A DNA stretch of 64,000 nt from Patescibacteria group bacterium (GCA_038065355.1 JBBTRC010000007.1:42333-106332); one strand, 5' to 3'; positions 18,898 to 29,444 are shown, numbered from the stretch's first letter. The notes: generated from the sequence alone by a model not told the origin. A program made the numbers and translations.

Positions 18898-20136
18898 ATG
18901 AGCGCCGACAAGCAAAGCACCGAATACCAGAACGTCACCATCGACACCGTGTCCGGACTTGATCTTTTTCTTACCCATATACGGGATGTATACCAAACAG
19001 GACTTCCGAAAAAGTCTGCCAGTTTGAAAAAACAACCCCACAGATCAGTTGCCGACCGGAATCACAAATTTTTACGTACGTACAAAGAGCTTCAGCATGG
19101 CATTATGGCGTGCAAGAAGTCACTTCTCGCCGGCAAGGAAGTGACGACTGCCGAAGCAGGCAAACTGCAAACATTGTACGATCAGTTGCTATCCCTGCGC
19201 GACTCATCTTTACACGAAACGGCCGCTAAAAAAACTCCAGCGGTAGTTCCCGTAGCTTCCACAGCAAAAAATGAAACACACGCCCCATCGTCCGCATTCG
19301 CCACTGACGCGCTAGAAAAGTCTCAATCTACAGTGCCTACCCACTCACTTAGAGAAAAGAAAATACACCCTCTGGCCAGACGTATGTTTCAGAAAGAGGT
19401 GCGAGAAACTAAGCGTCCCTTAGAGACTGCTCGGCTTACAGCAACACCAACACCTTCGCCAGCGACATCAGATAAAAAGAAGAAAGAAGACACGACTCAC
19501 GACAAAGACAAGCAGGTGCCGACTTCGACGAATCCTTCTCGTAGTGCGTCGCCGCCAACACCGGTCACTTTCACACCACAGTCGGCGAGAGTTCGCTCGT
19601 CAGCCCAACCCGCGCCGCCACCAAGACCCACATTCACTCCAACCTCGACCAAAAAAGCCAAAAATCCGTCGGCCACGGCCGCTGTGCGGCCACTTGAATC
19701 CGGCATTGTACAGCCTGACCCAATCCATGAAAAACGATCACTGACGGCCATCTATTTGAATAGGCCTGAATATCGGCAATTTATCGCCGACAACTACTCA
19801 TCGCCAGCTGGATTTGAAAAAATTATTGACAGCACGATCACCGCCATCGAGCGCACACTTACTGACCCAATCGAACGGTGGTTGGGTGAGGTACACGCCA
19901 GTCCGTTTGCTTATTTGGAAAGTATGACACTCTCGGATATTACCGAGTTTAATCAGCAACCGTATGAATTCATCAAGTCAGTACTGGCGAAAGAAAATAT
20001 AAAATACGAAGGCTACGTGCTGTGGGTAGATTTGATACCGGAGATGTTGCGTATCGTTGACGCGCATACCGACATAACCTTCGGCGAATTGTTCGCACGG
20101 TATTTAATTGAAAACGAAATGTTACGGAGTGCGTAG
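18898..20136 (+). CDS. Hypothetical protein with Pro/Ser/Thr-rich linker and helical C-terminal domain
   Basis: 412-aa ORF starting 9 nt after the ATPase stop. Confidence 0.7.
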   Translation: MSADKQSTEYQNVTIDTVSGLDLFLTHIRDVYQTGLPKKSASLKKQPHRSVADRNHKFLRTYKELQHGIMACKKSLLAGKEVTTAEAGKLQTLYDQLLSLRDSSLHETAAKKTPAVVPVASTAKNETHAPSSAFATDALEKSQSTVPTHSLREKKIHPLARRMFQKEVRETKRPLETARLTATPTPSPATSDKKKKEDTTHDKDKQVPTSTNPSRSASPPTPVTFTPQSARVRSSAQPAPPPRPTFTPTSTKKAKNPSATAAVRPLESGIVQPDPIHEKRSLTAIYLNRPEYRQFIADNYSSPAGFEKIIDSTITAIERTLTDPIERWLGEVHASPFAYLESMTLSDITEFNQQPYEFIKSVLAKENIKYEGYVLWVDLIPEMLRIVDAHTDITFGELFARYLIENEMLRSA

Positions 20137-20201
20137 TCGTAATTCACATCTGTGCGTAACTGTTTTGATTCATCAATTGCAAAAAGTGTTATGATAGGTG
20201 T

Positions 20202-21914
20202 ATGTCCAGCGGAGGTTCTTTTAGTGTAAGTGCCACACGTTCATTTGATCTCGAGTCGCAATCGGGAATTGCGCACGTGCTGACCTCAATTCGTGCCAGC
20301 GATCTTTCAAACTCACAAAAAAACGAGTTGCGTGACATGGTCTTTCTTTATGTGAACGGCGGGCATGATCCGGCCGTGGAGCTTATTCTGGAGAAGAAAC
20401 TCGCCAGCTATGAAGTCGCTCCAGCTCCGAAGAAAGTAACGCCAGGAAGCGTCGTTCGCGCCAACCCGATTGGCGGTGTGCGTCCTGCGCCACGTTCTTT
20501 TGCAATCAAAGGCACCTATCAAGCACCACCACCCGTTGTATCGGCGCCGTCAGCACCTCATGTTGCTGAAGCACCAAAAGCACCAGAGCCGAAGCTCACC
20601 CCCATTCCGGTAGCAACACCCGTTTCACCGCCGCCTCGCTTGCCCGAACCGGAGGCCAAGCCGCTAGTAGAGCCACCAGCGCGCGCCGTGCCGGCCGCTC
20701 CTCCAAAAGTGGCTAGTGTCGCAGTAGCGCCGAACGCTACGCCAAATACGCCAAGCGCCTCAAGCGAGACGCAGAATCAATACTTAGAACGAATCCGCGA
20801 GATCAAATCTATCGTAAACGAAAAGGTCGGCAACCCGGTTAATTTAGTTGATATCAATAATGAAGTGGGGCGTGAGTACATGGGCGCCTTGCTTGATGCG
20901 ATGAAAAAGTTGCACAGCGGTACGTCGGCGGTTTCGGCGATGCGGCGTCTCGAGACTTCATTTATCGCAGTCCAAAGAGCCATTGCCGATCACGAAAAAC
21001 ATCCTACTCATAGTGAGCCGCCAAAGGTTATCATTGCAAAAACAGCCCCGCCGGTTTCACCAAAAATAGAAGAGAAACCAAAAGCACCAGAGCCGAAGCT
21101 CACCCCCATTCCGGTAGCAACACCCGTTTCACCGCCGCCTCGCCCGCCCGAACCGGAGGCCAAGCCGCCAATCGAGCCATCACAACCACGACAATCACCG
21201 CCCACTCCTCCCACTACTGCGGTAAGAGAACAGGTGTCGGCAAATTCCTCATACGTAAAAAGTCAAAAATTACGCATTGAAACACATGATCGTGATGACA
21301 GCGCGCTTACCATTAAGCGACCGGAGCCACCTATGAGAACCCCTGAGCCAGCAGTAGAAGTGAGGCAACCAGCAGCTCCGACTCCGCCACCGATTGCGCA
21401 CACTACACCGATCTCCTCTGACGCTGATAAGCGCTGGGCGGACACGGCTGGTGCGGAATCAGCCACTGCTCCAAGAAGCTCGCCACCAATTACAAAACTC
21501 GACTCGCTGGCAGATCTAAAAAAACCTCGCCGTCCCGACGAATTGCCGACCTCCGCCTCTTTGCAGACTTCCACTGTGAAAGGTGACTCACTCTTCACAA
21601 AAGAAGTCACCGACGGTCTCAACCAGCTCCTGCTCGAGTGGCCAATTTTCAAAAAAAGCGGACTGTTTGGCACCGGTCCGAAAGGGTACGAGCATCCGCT
21701 TTTTAAAAAAATTGCCAATTTGCCGATTCCACTTCTGTTAGCAGGACGTTTTGAGGGCGCGACCCAAGAGATAAAACAAAGCATCACCGACTATATGAAC
21801 GGGTGGCGCTACGAACAGGCAATCATCTACGAGCAAGGAGAAACGTTTGAGCACTACTTACGGCGCGTCATTCGGCACATACTCGATTTGCAAATTAAAA
21901 AAGCCCAGCCATAA
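20202..21914 (+). CDS. Proline-rich multidomain hypothetical protein
   Basis: 570-aa ORF; three ordered-looking segments separated by Pro/Ala-rich linkers. Confidence 0.75.
   Translation: MSSGGSFSVSATRSFDLESQSGIAHVLTSIRASDLSNSQKNELRDMVFLYVNGGHDPAVELILEKKLASYEVAPAPKKVTPGSVVRANPIGGVRPAPRSFAIKGTYQAPPPVVSAPSAPHVAEAPKAPEPKLTPIPVATPVSPPPRLPEPEAKPLVEPPARAVPAAPPKVASVAVAPNATPNTPSASSETQNQYLERIREIKSIVNEKVGNPVNLVDINNEVGREYMGALLDAMKKLHSGTSAVSAMRRLETSFIAVQRAIADHEKHPTHSEPPKVIIAKTAPPVSPKIEEKPKAPEPKLTPIPVATPVSPPPRPPEPEAKPPIEPSQPRQSPPTPPTTAVREQVSANSSYVKSQKLRIETHDRDDSALTIKRPEPPMRTPEPAVEVRQPAAPTPPPIAHTTPISSDADKRWADTAGAESATAPRSSPPITKLDSLADLKKPRRPDELPTSASLQTSTVKGDSLFTKEVTDGLNQLLLEWPIFKKSGLFGTGPKGYEHPLFKKIANLPIPLLLAGRFEGATQEIKQSITDYMNGWRYEQAIIYEQGETFEHYLRRVIRHILDLQIKKAQP
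20574..21168 (+). repeat. 91-bp intragenic direct repeat (20574-20664 and 21078-21168)
   Basis: 89/91 identical; encodes PKAPEPKLTPIPVATPVSPPPR(L/P)PEPEAKP twice. Confidence 0.9.
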
Positions 21915-21921
21915 TAACCTG

Positions 21922-22536
21922 ATGTTGTCGCATCATGCTATTTTGTCGCGCTACGTTGATGTGGAGGATTTTGTTGATATTTCGGTACCGCCGACGACCG
22001 AGTATGTCCGCTTTGATATAGAAAAGTTTGGTATTGATGACGCGCGACGGCTGGTACAGGAAGCCTACCGCCGTCCAACGGAAGGGCATACGGAGCGTCT
22101 TTTGTGCACAGTGTCGAGCGCGGTGACCGTGGAGGCGCAACACGCGCTTTTGAAGTTGCTCGAAGAACCGCCGGTGACGACGAAGTTTGTTTTTGTACTA
22201 CCGGCTGGCGCATCACTTCTCCCGACGCTCCTCTCACGCTTCCACGAACAAGCACCCACGCTGGCGGCGGCTGATACACCGGAGTTTGAAGAATTTTTGC
22301 ACGCCTCATACAGAGAGCGGTTGGCAGTGATTGAAACAAAACTCAAAGCCAAGGACGACAACTGGCAAGCGGCGATAGACAGAGGTCTGCACGCCTACGT
22401 GGAAGGAGCAAGGGGTACGCTTCCGCTTGCAGTACTACAGGAACTACAACTCTTCTTATCTTTTTATCGGAAACGCGGCGCTTCAAATAAAATGCTCCTT
22501 GAGCACCTCTCGATTACTCTGCCGACTCGAAGTTAG
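21922..22536 (+). CDS. holB: DNA polymerase III delta-prime-like subunit (short)
   Basis: FGIDDAR, TVEAQHALLKLLEEPP and LLPTLLSR motifs. Confidence 0.8.
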   Translation: MLSHHAILSRYVDVEDFVDISVPPTTEYVRFDIEKFGIDDARRLVQEAYRRPTEGHTERLLCTVSSAVTVEAQHALLKLLEEPPVTTKFVFVLPAGASLLPTLLSRFHEQAPTLAAADTPEFEEFLHASYRERLAVIETKLKAKDDNWQAAIDRGLHAYVEGARGTLPLAVLQELQLFLSFYRKRGASNKMLLEHLSITLPTRS

Positions 22537-22582
22537 CGCAAGAAAGTGTTACACTGCGCGTATAAATCCATACAGCGTCATT

Positions 22583-23125
22583 ATGAATGAAGATTTTGAT
22601 AAACGTTTAGAGGAAGTAAAATCGTGGCTACAAAAAGAATTTGCCGGTATTCGCACTGGTCAGGCCAGCCCAGCCATTCTCGATGGTGTGCGGGTCGAAA
22701 GCTACGGAGTCTTGGTACCGCTCATTCAGGTTGGTAGTATCAGCGTCGAGGACGCGCGGACGCTTCGAGTGTCGCCGTGGGACGCTTCGCAGATTGCGGC
22801 CATTGAACGGGCAATCGGCGACGCCAACCTTGGCGTTTCGGTCTTGACCGACTCGTCGGGCATCCGCGTCAAATTCCCAGAGCTCACGGCCGAGCGCCGC
22901 ACTCAACTTTTGAAGCTGGCAAAAAGCAAGCTCGAAGACTCGCGCATTTCAGTGCGAGGTATCCGCGACGAGGAAATGAAACTGATTGATAAACAAAGCA
23001 AGGAGGGCGCGATTGGCGAAGATGAAAAATTCACTCGTAAAGAAAAGGTACAAACAAAAATCGACGCCATGAACAAAACGCTCGAAGAGCTTTTTGATAA
23101 GAAAGAAGTCGAGCTTCAAAAATAG
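22583..23125 (+). CDS. frr: Ribosome recycling factor
   Basis: IRTGQASPAILD and PELTAERR motifs. Confidence 0.95.
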   Translation: MNEDFDKRLEEVKSWLQKEFAGIRTGQASPAILDGVRVESYGVLVPLIQVGSISVEDARTLRVSPWDASQIAAIERAIGDANLGVSVLTDSSGIRVKFPELTAERRTQLLKLAKSKLEDSRISVRGIRDEEMKLIDKQSKEGAIGEDEKFTRKEKVQTKIDAMNKTLEELFDKKEVELQK

Positions 23126-23127
23126 CC

Positions 23128-24219
23128 ATGTCAATAATAATTTTTCTTTTGGTGTTGTTTGTGCTGGTCTTGGTGCACGAGTGGGGACATTTTATCGTGG
23201 CCAAAAAAACCGGCATGAGAGTGGACGAATTTGGTATCGGCTTCCCGCCCAAATTATTCAGCCTTAAAAAGGGAGAAACGGAGTATTCTTTCAACCTGTT
23301 GCCAGTCGGCGGTTTTGTCCGGATTTTTGGCGAGAACCCGGAGGAAACAGACGCCGCTTCTTCTGATGCGTCGAGAGCCTTTTCGGCGAGACCAAAATGG
23401 GCACAGGCGCTTGTGCTCGTGGCGGGTGTCGCGATGAATGTGTTGTTTGCGTGGTTTTTATTTACCACCACCTACCTCATCGGCGTACCAACGCCGGTAA
23501 GTGATGATGTAGCGAGCGAAAGTGCGAAACTCTACATCGCCGGAGTACTTCCTGATAGTCCAGCCGACGGGGTGATCCCAAGCGGTGCGGAAATTCTCAG
23601 CATTGCTGACGAAGACGAAACGATCGCCAAACCTTCACCAACTGTTTTTAGCCAGTTTATCAGCGAACGCGCTCCCGACCCAGTGACAATTGTGTTTACA
23701 CACAATCATAAGGAAGAGAGGGTTTCCCTCGCGCCCGTCACGGGTCTAGTAGCTGATAATAAGGAACAGTACCTCATCGGTACTTCGCTCACGTACGTGG
23801 AAATACAAAAACAATCATTCTTTTCCGCGATCGGCAGCGGCTTCACGACTTCTTTGCAGGGACTTAGTGCTATCACGGTTGGTTTACTCACGCTCATCAA
23901 AGATACATTTGTCGGTCAGGCTGACTTTTCAAGCGTCACCGGTCCGGTTGGTATCGTGGGATTGGTGGGTGACGCTGCCGCTTTTGGCTTCACCACCTTA
24001 CTTACTTTTACCGCCATTATTTCACTCAACCTGGCGGTAGTGAACTTACTGCCGTTCCCGGCGCTTGACGGCGGTCGGCTATTGTTTGTGGTACTCGAAG
24101 CCATCGCCAGAAAAAATATTCCGGCCGTGTGGGCGACGCGCGCCAACTTGGTTGGCTTTACACTTCTAATGCTCCTCATGGTGGCAGTGACCTATAATGA
24201 TATTGTTAAGCTACTGTAG
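23128..24219 (+). CDS. rseP: Site-2 protease RseP (M50)
   Basis: HEWGH and NLLPFPALDGG motifs; PDZ-like insert. Confidence 0.92.
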   Translation: MSIIIFLLVLFVLVLVHEWGHFIVAKKTGMRVDEFGIGFPPKLFSLKKGETEYSFNLLPVGGFVRIFGENPEETDAASSDASRAFSARPKWAQALVLVAGVAMNVLFAWFLFTTTYLIGVPTPVSDDVASESAKLYIAGVLPDSPADGVIPSGAEILSIADEDETIAKPSPTVFSQFISERAPDPVTIVFTHNHKEERVSLAPVTGLVADNKEQYLIGTSLTYVEIQKQSFFSAIGSGFTTSLQGLSAITVGLLTLIKDTFVGQADFSSVTGPVGIVGLVGDAAAFGFTTLLTFTAIISLNLAVVNLLPFPALDGGRLLFVVLEAIARKNIPAVWATRANLVGFTLLMLLMVAVTYNDIVKLL

Positions 24220-24222
24220 TGT

Positions 24223-25488
24223 ATGCGCCAGTCACACCTCTTCACCAAGACTCGAAAGGAAATTCCAGCTGATGAGACGTCTAAGAATGCGGAGCTTCTG
24301 ATCCGCGCCGGTTACGTGCACAAAGAAATGGCCGGCGTATATGCATACCTGCCGCTTGGTCTCTTGGTACAAGAAAAAATCAAACAGATCGTGCGCGAAG
24401 AGATGAGTGCGCTTGGTGGACAGGAACTCATCATGACGGCGCTCCAAAGTAAGGAACTTTGGGAACGGACGCACCGTTGGGATGATGAGGTAGTGGATGT
24501 GTGGTTTAAATCGGAATTAAAAGCGGGTGGGGAAGTCGGCTTCGGCTGGAGTCATGAGGAGCCGATTGGCAACATGATGAAGAACTACCTCTCCAGTTAT
24601 AAAGATCTACCGGTTACGCTCTATCAGTTTCAGACCAAGCTTCGCAATGAACTTAGAGCCAAGAGCGGCGTCATGCGCGGCCGCGAATTTGTTATGAAAG
24701 ATGCCTATTCCTTTGCGCTCGGCGAGGGAGACCACAACGACATCTACGAAAAAATGAAAGGAGCGTACCTGAATGTGTTCAAACGGGTCGGCCTCGGTAA
24801 TGACACCTACGTGACGTTTGCCACCGGCGGCGCGTTTACGCAGTTTAGCCATGAGTTCCAGACAATCTGCGCCGCCGGCGAAGACACTTGCTATATCAGC
24901 AAAGAAAAGGGCATTGCGATCAATGCGGAAGTCATGAATGATGAAGTGCTCAATACACTTGAAGTGACTCGCGAGGAACTCATAGAAACAAAAACAGCTG
25001 AAGTCGGCAACATTTTCAACTTCGGCCGTCAAAAAGCCGAAGATTTAGGACTTATGGTAAAGACCGAAACTGGTGAGAACATTCCTGTCTGGATGGGTTC
25101 ATATGGTATCGGCATCACCAGACTCATGGGAGTGATTGTGGAAAAATTTGCCGATGAAAAGGGAATTGTGTGGCCAGAGGAAGCAGCCCCCTTTACACTC
25201 CACCTCGTGACCCTCAACACCGACGACGCCGAAATAAGAGACTGGGCCGACGGCTTGTACGCAAATTTAAAACGGGCTGGCATAGAAGTACTCTACGACG
25301 ACCGAGATGCGCGTGCAGGAGAAAAGTTTGCTGACAGCGACTTGATTGGAATCCCATACCGAGTGGTGGTAAGCAAAAAAGGCAAAGAACAAGGAAGTTT
25401 TGAGGTGGTGACACGCGCCACTGGTGAAGTACGAAATGTATCTGAAGAGGAACTCTTCCAAGATTTTGCCGCACCCATCGAGACATAG
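24223..25488 (+). CDS. proS: Proline--tRNA ligase (no editing insert)
   Basis: FQTKLRNELR, MRGREFVMKDAYSF, MGSYGIG motifs; anticodon domain. Confidence 0.93.
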   Translation: MRQSHLFTKTRKEIPADETSKNAELLIRAGYVHKEMAGVYAYLPLGLLVQEKIKQIVREEMSALGGQELIMTALQSKELWERTHRWDDEVVDVWFKSELKAGGEVGFGWSHEEPIGNMMKNYLSSYKDLPVTLYQFQTKLRNELRAKSGVMRGREFVMKDAYSFALGEGDHNDIYEKMKGAYLNVFKRVGLGNDTYVTFATGGAFTQFSHEFQTICAAGEDTCYISKEKGIAINAEVMNDEVLNTLEVTREELIETKTAEVGNIFNFGRQKAEDLGLMVKTETGENIPVWMGSYGIGITRLMGVIVEKFADEKGIVWPEEAAPFTLHLVTLNTDDAEIRDWADGLYANLKRAGIEVLYDDRDARAGEKFADSDLIGIPYRVVVSKKGKEQGSFEVVTRATGEVRNVSEEELFQDFAAPIET

Positions 25489-25501
25489 TACAATGTTCTA
25501 A

Positions 25502-26572
25502 ATGAACGTATTTACGCGACAACTAAACGCGCTTCTTTCGGCTGTTTCTACCGATATGGCGATCGACTTGGGAACGGCCAACACGCTCGTGTATGTCAAA
25601 GGCAAAGGAATAGTACTCAACGAGCCAACGATTGTCGCTATCAATAAAAAAACCGGCCAACTAGTGGCGGTTGGCAACGATGCAAAGACTATGCTTGGCC
25701 GTACGCCCGCACACATCGAGGTCATTCGCCCGTTGGTTGACGGGGTGATTTCGGACTTCGAAGTCACCGAAGAAATGCTCGCGTACTTGATCGCCAAAGT
25801 GCGCGGTGGTGTCCGTTCAATTGTAGCCCCCCGCATGTTGATTGGTGTGCCGTCTGGGATCACTAACGTTGAAATGCGTGCCGCGCGCGATGCGGCAAAA
25901 AATGCCGGCGCACGCGATGTTTTTTTGATTGAAGAGCCGATGGCTGCCGCCATCGGCGCTAAGTTGCCCGTCGGTAAGCCAATTGGCAGTATGATTATCG
26001 ACATCGGAGGCGGTACCACCGACATCGCCATCATCTCGCTTAATGGCATTGTAGTGTCACGTAACTTGCGCGTCGCGGGCGACCACCTCAATGCGGCGAT
26101 CACTTCATACATTCGCGACCAGTTTAAAATCCACGTTGGCGAAAAAACCGCCGAAGACGCCAAAATCGCTCTGGCTTCAATCGCAGTTACCGAGGGAAAT
26201 AAGGAGCTCGTCGCGCGTGGCCGCGACGTGGTGACCGGCCTGCCGCGCGAGGTCATCATCACCGACGCAGATGTAAGGGACGCAGTCTCGGGACAAGTCG
26301 AAACAATCGTTGAGACGGTGCGAAGCGTGCTTGAAGAAACCCCACCCGAAGTTCTCTCTGACATTATGCAGCGCGGCATCCATCTCTCGGGCGGGGGAGC
26401 ACTGATACCTGGCCTGACCGAGCTCCTTGAACACGAACTCCAGGTGCCGGTCGTGGTGGTCCCTGATCCTCTCCGCGCGGTCGTGCGAGGAGCTGGCATT
26501 GTGGTCGAAAATTTAGACGCCTACGCAGAAATACTTTTAGATCATGAAGGTACGTTCACCACGCAAATTTAA
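25502..26572 (+). CDS. mreB: Rod shape-determining protein MreB (paralogue 2, in mreBC operon)
   Basis: AIDLGTANT and IDIGGGTTD motifs; upstream of mreC. Confidence 0.93.
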   Translation: MNVFTRQLNALLSAVSTDMAIDLGTANTLVYVKGKGIVLNEPTIVAINKKTGQLVAVGNDAKTMLGRTPAHIEVIRPLVDGVISDFEVTEEMLAYLIAKVRGGVRSIVAPRMLIGVPSGITNVEMRAARDAAKNAGARDVFLIEEPMAAAIGAKLPVGKPIGSMIIDIGGGTTDIAIISLNGIVVSRNLRVAGDHLNAAITSYIRDQFKIHVGEKTAEDAKIALASIAVTEGNKELVARGRDVVTGLPREVIITDADVRDAVSGQVETIVETVRSVLEETPPEVLSDIMQRGIHLSGGGALIPGLTELLEHELQVPVVVVPDPLRAVVRGAGIVVENLDAYAEILLDHEGTFTTQI

Positions 26573-27476
26573 AGACCAACCAATCGTGAGAAATGTGGCG
26601 ATTGCGCTCATTCTCTTGGTCGTTGGAGTAGCGGCTCCAGTCGTGTTTAGTGCGGCGGCCAGATTTGTACTAACTCCGGTACACGTTTTTAATCAGTGGT
26701 TGACCGAGTCGTCAGATACGTTTCCTTCTTATATACGTGAACGCACGGCGCTCTACGAAGAGATAAAAAACCTCAAAAACGAACTGGCCATTGCTGGCCG
26801 TAGCAACATCACTACCGAGCGCCTGTACGAGGAAAATTTACGACTTCGTTCACTGCTTCATGCCTCGACCAGCCCACGCATTGGCGCGGCGGTCGTCGCA
26901 CGACCAGACACCCTGCCGTATGACCTTCTACAGATTGATCAAGGAAGTGAAGCAGGGGTTACGGTTGGCTCGCCCGTGTACATCGGTTCAGACTGGGTGA
27001 TTGGTCTCGTCAAGAGTGTCGCGCCTAAGTACGCCTTCGTCGAACTATTGACTACCCCTGGCTTTTCTTCGACTGTATACATTGCCGGAGCCAACGTGAT
27101 TGCAACTATGGAAGGCTACGGCGGCGGTGTGGCGCGCGTGCGAGTGCCGCAAGGAGTGCCGCTTCAAAGTGGAAATTTGGTACACATTCCTAGTATTGAG
27201 CCAGGCATCTTCGGGCGCGTGTCGCACGTGGAGAACACACCGTCCCAACCCGAACAGTTTGGCTACATCACGCCTGAAATACCCATTCAAAGTATATTTT
27301 TTGTGGCTGTGGCCCCACACGTTCCTATTACTACTGACGGAGAGCTCATCAAAGCACACATAGAAGATTTGCTGATAAAAAATCTATCGCTTGGAGACAC
27401 CGGTACGACCACGACTGCCACAAGCACTGTCGCGAATACCACCGCTAGTACTACAGCAACGGAAAACCAACCATGA
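26544..27476 (+). CDS. mreC: Rod shape-determining protein MreC
   Basis: TM helix, coiled coil ENLRLRSLL, IDQGSEAGV; synteny. Confidence 0.85.
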   Translation: MKVRSPRKFKDQPIVRNVAIALILLVVGVAAPVVFSAAARFVLTPVHVFNQWLTESSDTFPSYIRERTALYEEIKNLKNELAIAGRSNITTERLYEENLRLRSLLHASTSPRIGAAVVARPDTLPYDLLQIDQGSEAGVTVGSPVYIGSDWVIGLVKSVAPKYAFVELLTTPGFSSTVYIAGANVIATMEGYGGGVARVRVPQGVPLQSGNLVHIPSIEPGIFGRVSHVENTPSQPEQFGYITPEIPIQSIFFVAVAPHVPITTDGELIKAHIEDLLIKNLSLGDTGTTTTATSTVANTTASTTATENQP

Positions 27477-27721
27477 ACTACCCACTCGCTATTAGTGTGT
27501 ACGTTGGCATCATGATTGCGGTGCTTCACGGAGCGTGGCTCGTGGCCGCTCTCGGCGGCTTATTTTTCTCGTTCCGTTATGGGGCACTCGCGCTGGTACC
27601 CCTGGCATTTTTGCTCGATGGCTACATGGGCGCATTCCATGGAATTCCTATGATGAGTATTGGAGCGACTTTGTGGTACGCACTCTGTGAGTTGATTCGC
27701 GTTCGGTTTAAGTTATTGTAA
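27473..27721 (+). CDS. Small membrane protein in the MreD position
   Basis: Hydrophobic 82 aa with LLDGY; lies between mreC and mrdA. Confidence 0.55.
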   Translation: MNYPLAISVYVGIMIAVLHGAWLVAALGGLFFSFRYGALALVPLAFLLDGYMGAFHGIPMMSIGATLWYALCELIRVRFKLL

Positions 27722-27725
27722 AGAC

Positions 27726-29444
27726 ATGAGTGCGCTTCGTGATCGGTACACCAAAAACGTCGACGTTGAAGAGGTGCTACTTGATGCTTCTAACATCCCA
27801 TCTTTCAACCGAGGTCGTCTTGAAGGGAAACGCGAACTGCCAATCTCGAAAACCAGCTTACGCACGGTCTCTATATTGTTTCTTATCATCGCGGCCGTAT
27901 TTTTTTATCAAATTTTTTCTTTACAAATTGTGCGCGGCGAAGAGTATCGCAGAATCGCCGAAAACAACCGAGTGGACAAGGCACTCATCATTGCGGAGCG
28001 CGGGGTGGTGTACGACCGCTACGGAGAAATGATGGCTTGGAATGAGGCAGACGAAACCGGCGAGTATGACTTTCCGATCAGAGCCTACACCGACCGCCTG
28101 GGACTCGGGCAGGTCCTCGGGTATGTCAGCTACCCGAAGCGCGACGCACACGGCTTCTTCTTTCGTACCGATTACCTTGGCCGCAACGGCGTTGAAGCGG
28201 CCTACGATCACATTCTGAAGGGTCAAAACGGCAGCAAAATTATCGAAGCAGATGCGCTCCAAGAAGTAGTGAGTGAATTTGCCATTGAGTCACCAACTTC
28301 CGGCCACGAGCTCCACCTTTCCATTGACGCCGAGCTTTCTGAAGCTATGTATAACATCATTGCCACCTCAACCGCGCAGGCTGGTTTCCGGAGCGGCGCT
28401 GGGGCCATTATGGACATTCATACCGGAGAATTGATCGCGCTCACGAGCTATCCTTCCTATGACCCGGAGGTGATGGCTGATGGTGACGACGTGGCGCTTA
28501 TAGAAGCGTATAACAACGACGAGCGCTTGCCGTTCCTCAACAAAGTGATTAGCGGCGCGTATACCCCAGGCTCGATTGTGAAGCCGTTTGTCGCCTACGC
28601 GGCGCTTGATAATAAGATTATCTCGCCGGAAAAGACGATCGTTAGCGACGGGTATATCTTGGTGCCAAATCCGTACAACCCAGATAACCCGTCGCGGTTT
28701 AATGACTGGCGAGTACAAGGACCAATGACCATGCGCGAGGCGATCGCCTTTTCTTCAAACGTCTATTTCTACATCGTCGGCGGTGGATTTGGTGACCAGC
28801 CGGGAGTCGGCATTACCAAGATGGCAGAAAATTTTAGACGCTTTGGTCTGGGGTCGCCAACCGGTATCAATCTGGCGCAAGAACAGCTTGGTGTTGTGCC
28901 TGATCCGGCCTGGAAGACTGAAGTATTTGACGACGACTGGCGCCTCGGCGATACGTACTTCACGGCGATTGGCCAGTTTGGATTTCTCGCGACCCCGATT
29001 CAAATGCTACGTGCCTACGCCGCCCTTGCGAACGGCGGGAAGCTACTCACTCCGCATGTTGAACAGGGAAGAGTGAGCGAAGCGGTTGATTTAGGTTTAA
29101 ATCAAGACTACCTAGAGATCATTCATGAAGGTATGCGCAAGACTGTCAACTACAGCGGCGGTACCGCTCGAGCGCTCGAGCGCTCTGATGTGGCGATCGC
29201 GGCCAAGTCCGGCACGGCCGAGGTAGGTGCGGGCAATGCCTACGTCAATTCCTGGACCGCTGGCTTCTGGCCGTATGAAGATCCGCAGTACGCGTTTGTC
29301 ATGATGATGGATAAGGCACCACGCAGTAACGCGCTTGGCGCCACGAGAATTATGGGCGATGTGTTCGAGTGGATGAGCGTTCATCGGCCGGAGTACCTGG
29401 GAATTGCGAGCGAGGACGTAGATATTGAGGTGACGAATGAGTAG
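27726..29444 (+). CDS. mrdA: Penicillin-binding protein 2 (class B)
   Basis: PGSIVK (SxxK), SSN and KSGTAE motifs; mre operon context. Confidence 0.9.
   Translation: MSALRDRYTKNVDVEEVLLDASNIPSFNRGRLEGKRELPISKTSLRTVSILFLIIAAVFFYQIFSLQIVRGEEYRRIAENNRVDKALIIAERGVVYDRYGEMMAWNEADETGEYDFPIRAYTDRLGLGQVLGYVSYPKRDAHGFFFRTDYLGRNGVEAAYDHILKGQNGSKIIEADALQEVVSEFAIESPTSGHELHLSIDAELSEAMYNIIATSTAQAGFRSGAGAIMDIHTGELIALTSYPSYDPEVMADGDDVALIEAYNNDERLPFLNKVISGAYTPGSIVKPFVAYAALDNKIISPEKTIVSDGYILVPNPYNPDNPSRFNDWRVQGPMTMREAIAFSSNVYFYIVGGGFGDQPGVGITKMAENFRRFGLGSPTGINLAQEQLGVVPDPAWKTEVFDDDWRLGDTYFTAIGQFGFLATPIQMLRAYAALANGGKLLTPHVEQGRVSEAVDLGLNQDYLEIIHEGMRKTVNYSGGTARALERSDVAIAAKSGTAEVGAGNAYVNSWTAGFWPYEDPQYAFVMMMDKAPRSNALGATRIMGDVFEWMSVHRPEYLGIASEDVDIEVTNE

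Noticed and set aside
25498-26499. 333-aa antisense ORF over mreB, and similar shadow ORFs
   Set aside because: Mirror-frame artefacts of codon bias in conserved genes, with no expression signals or motifs
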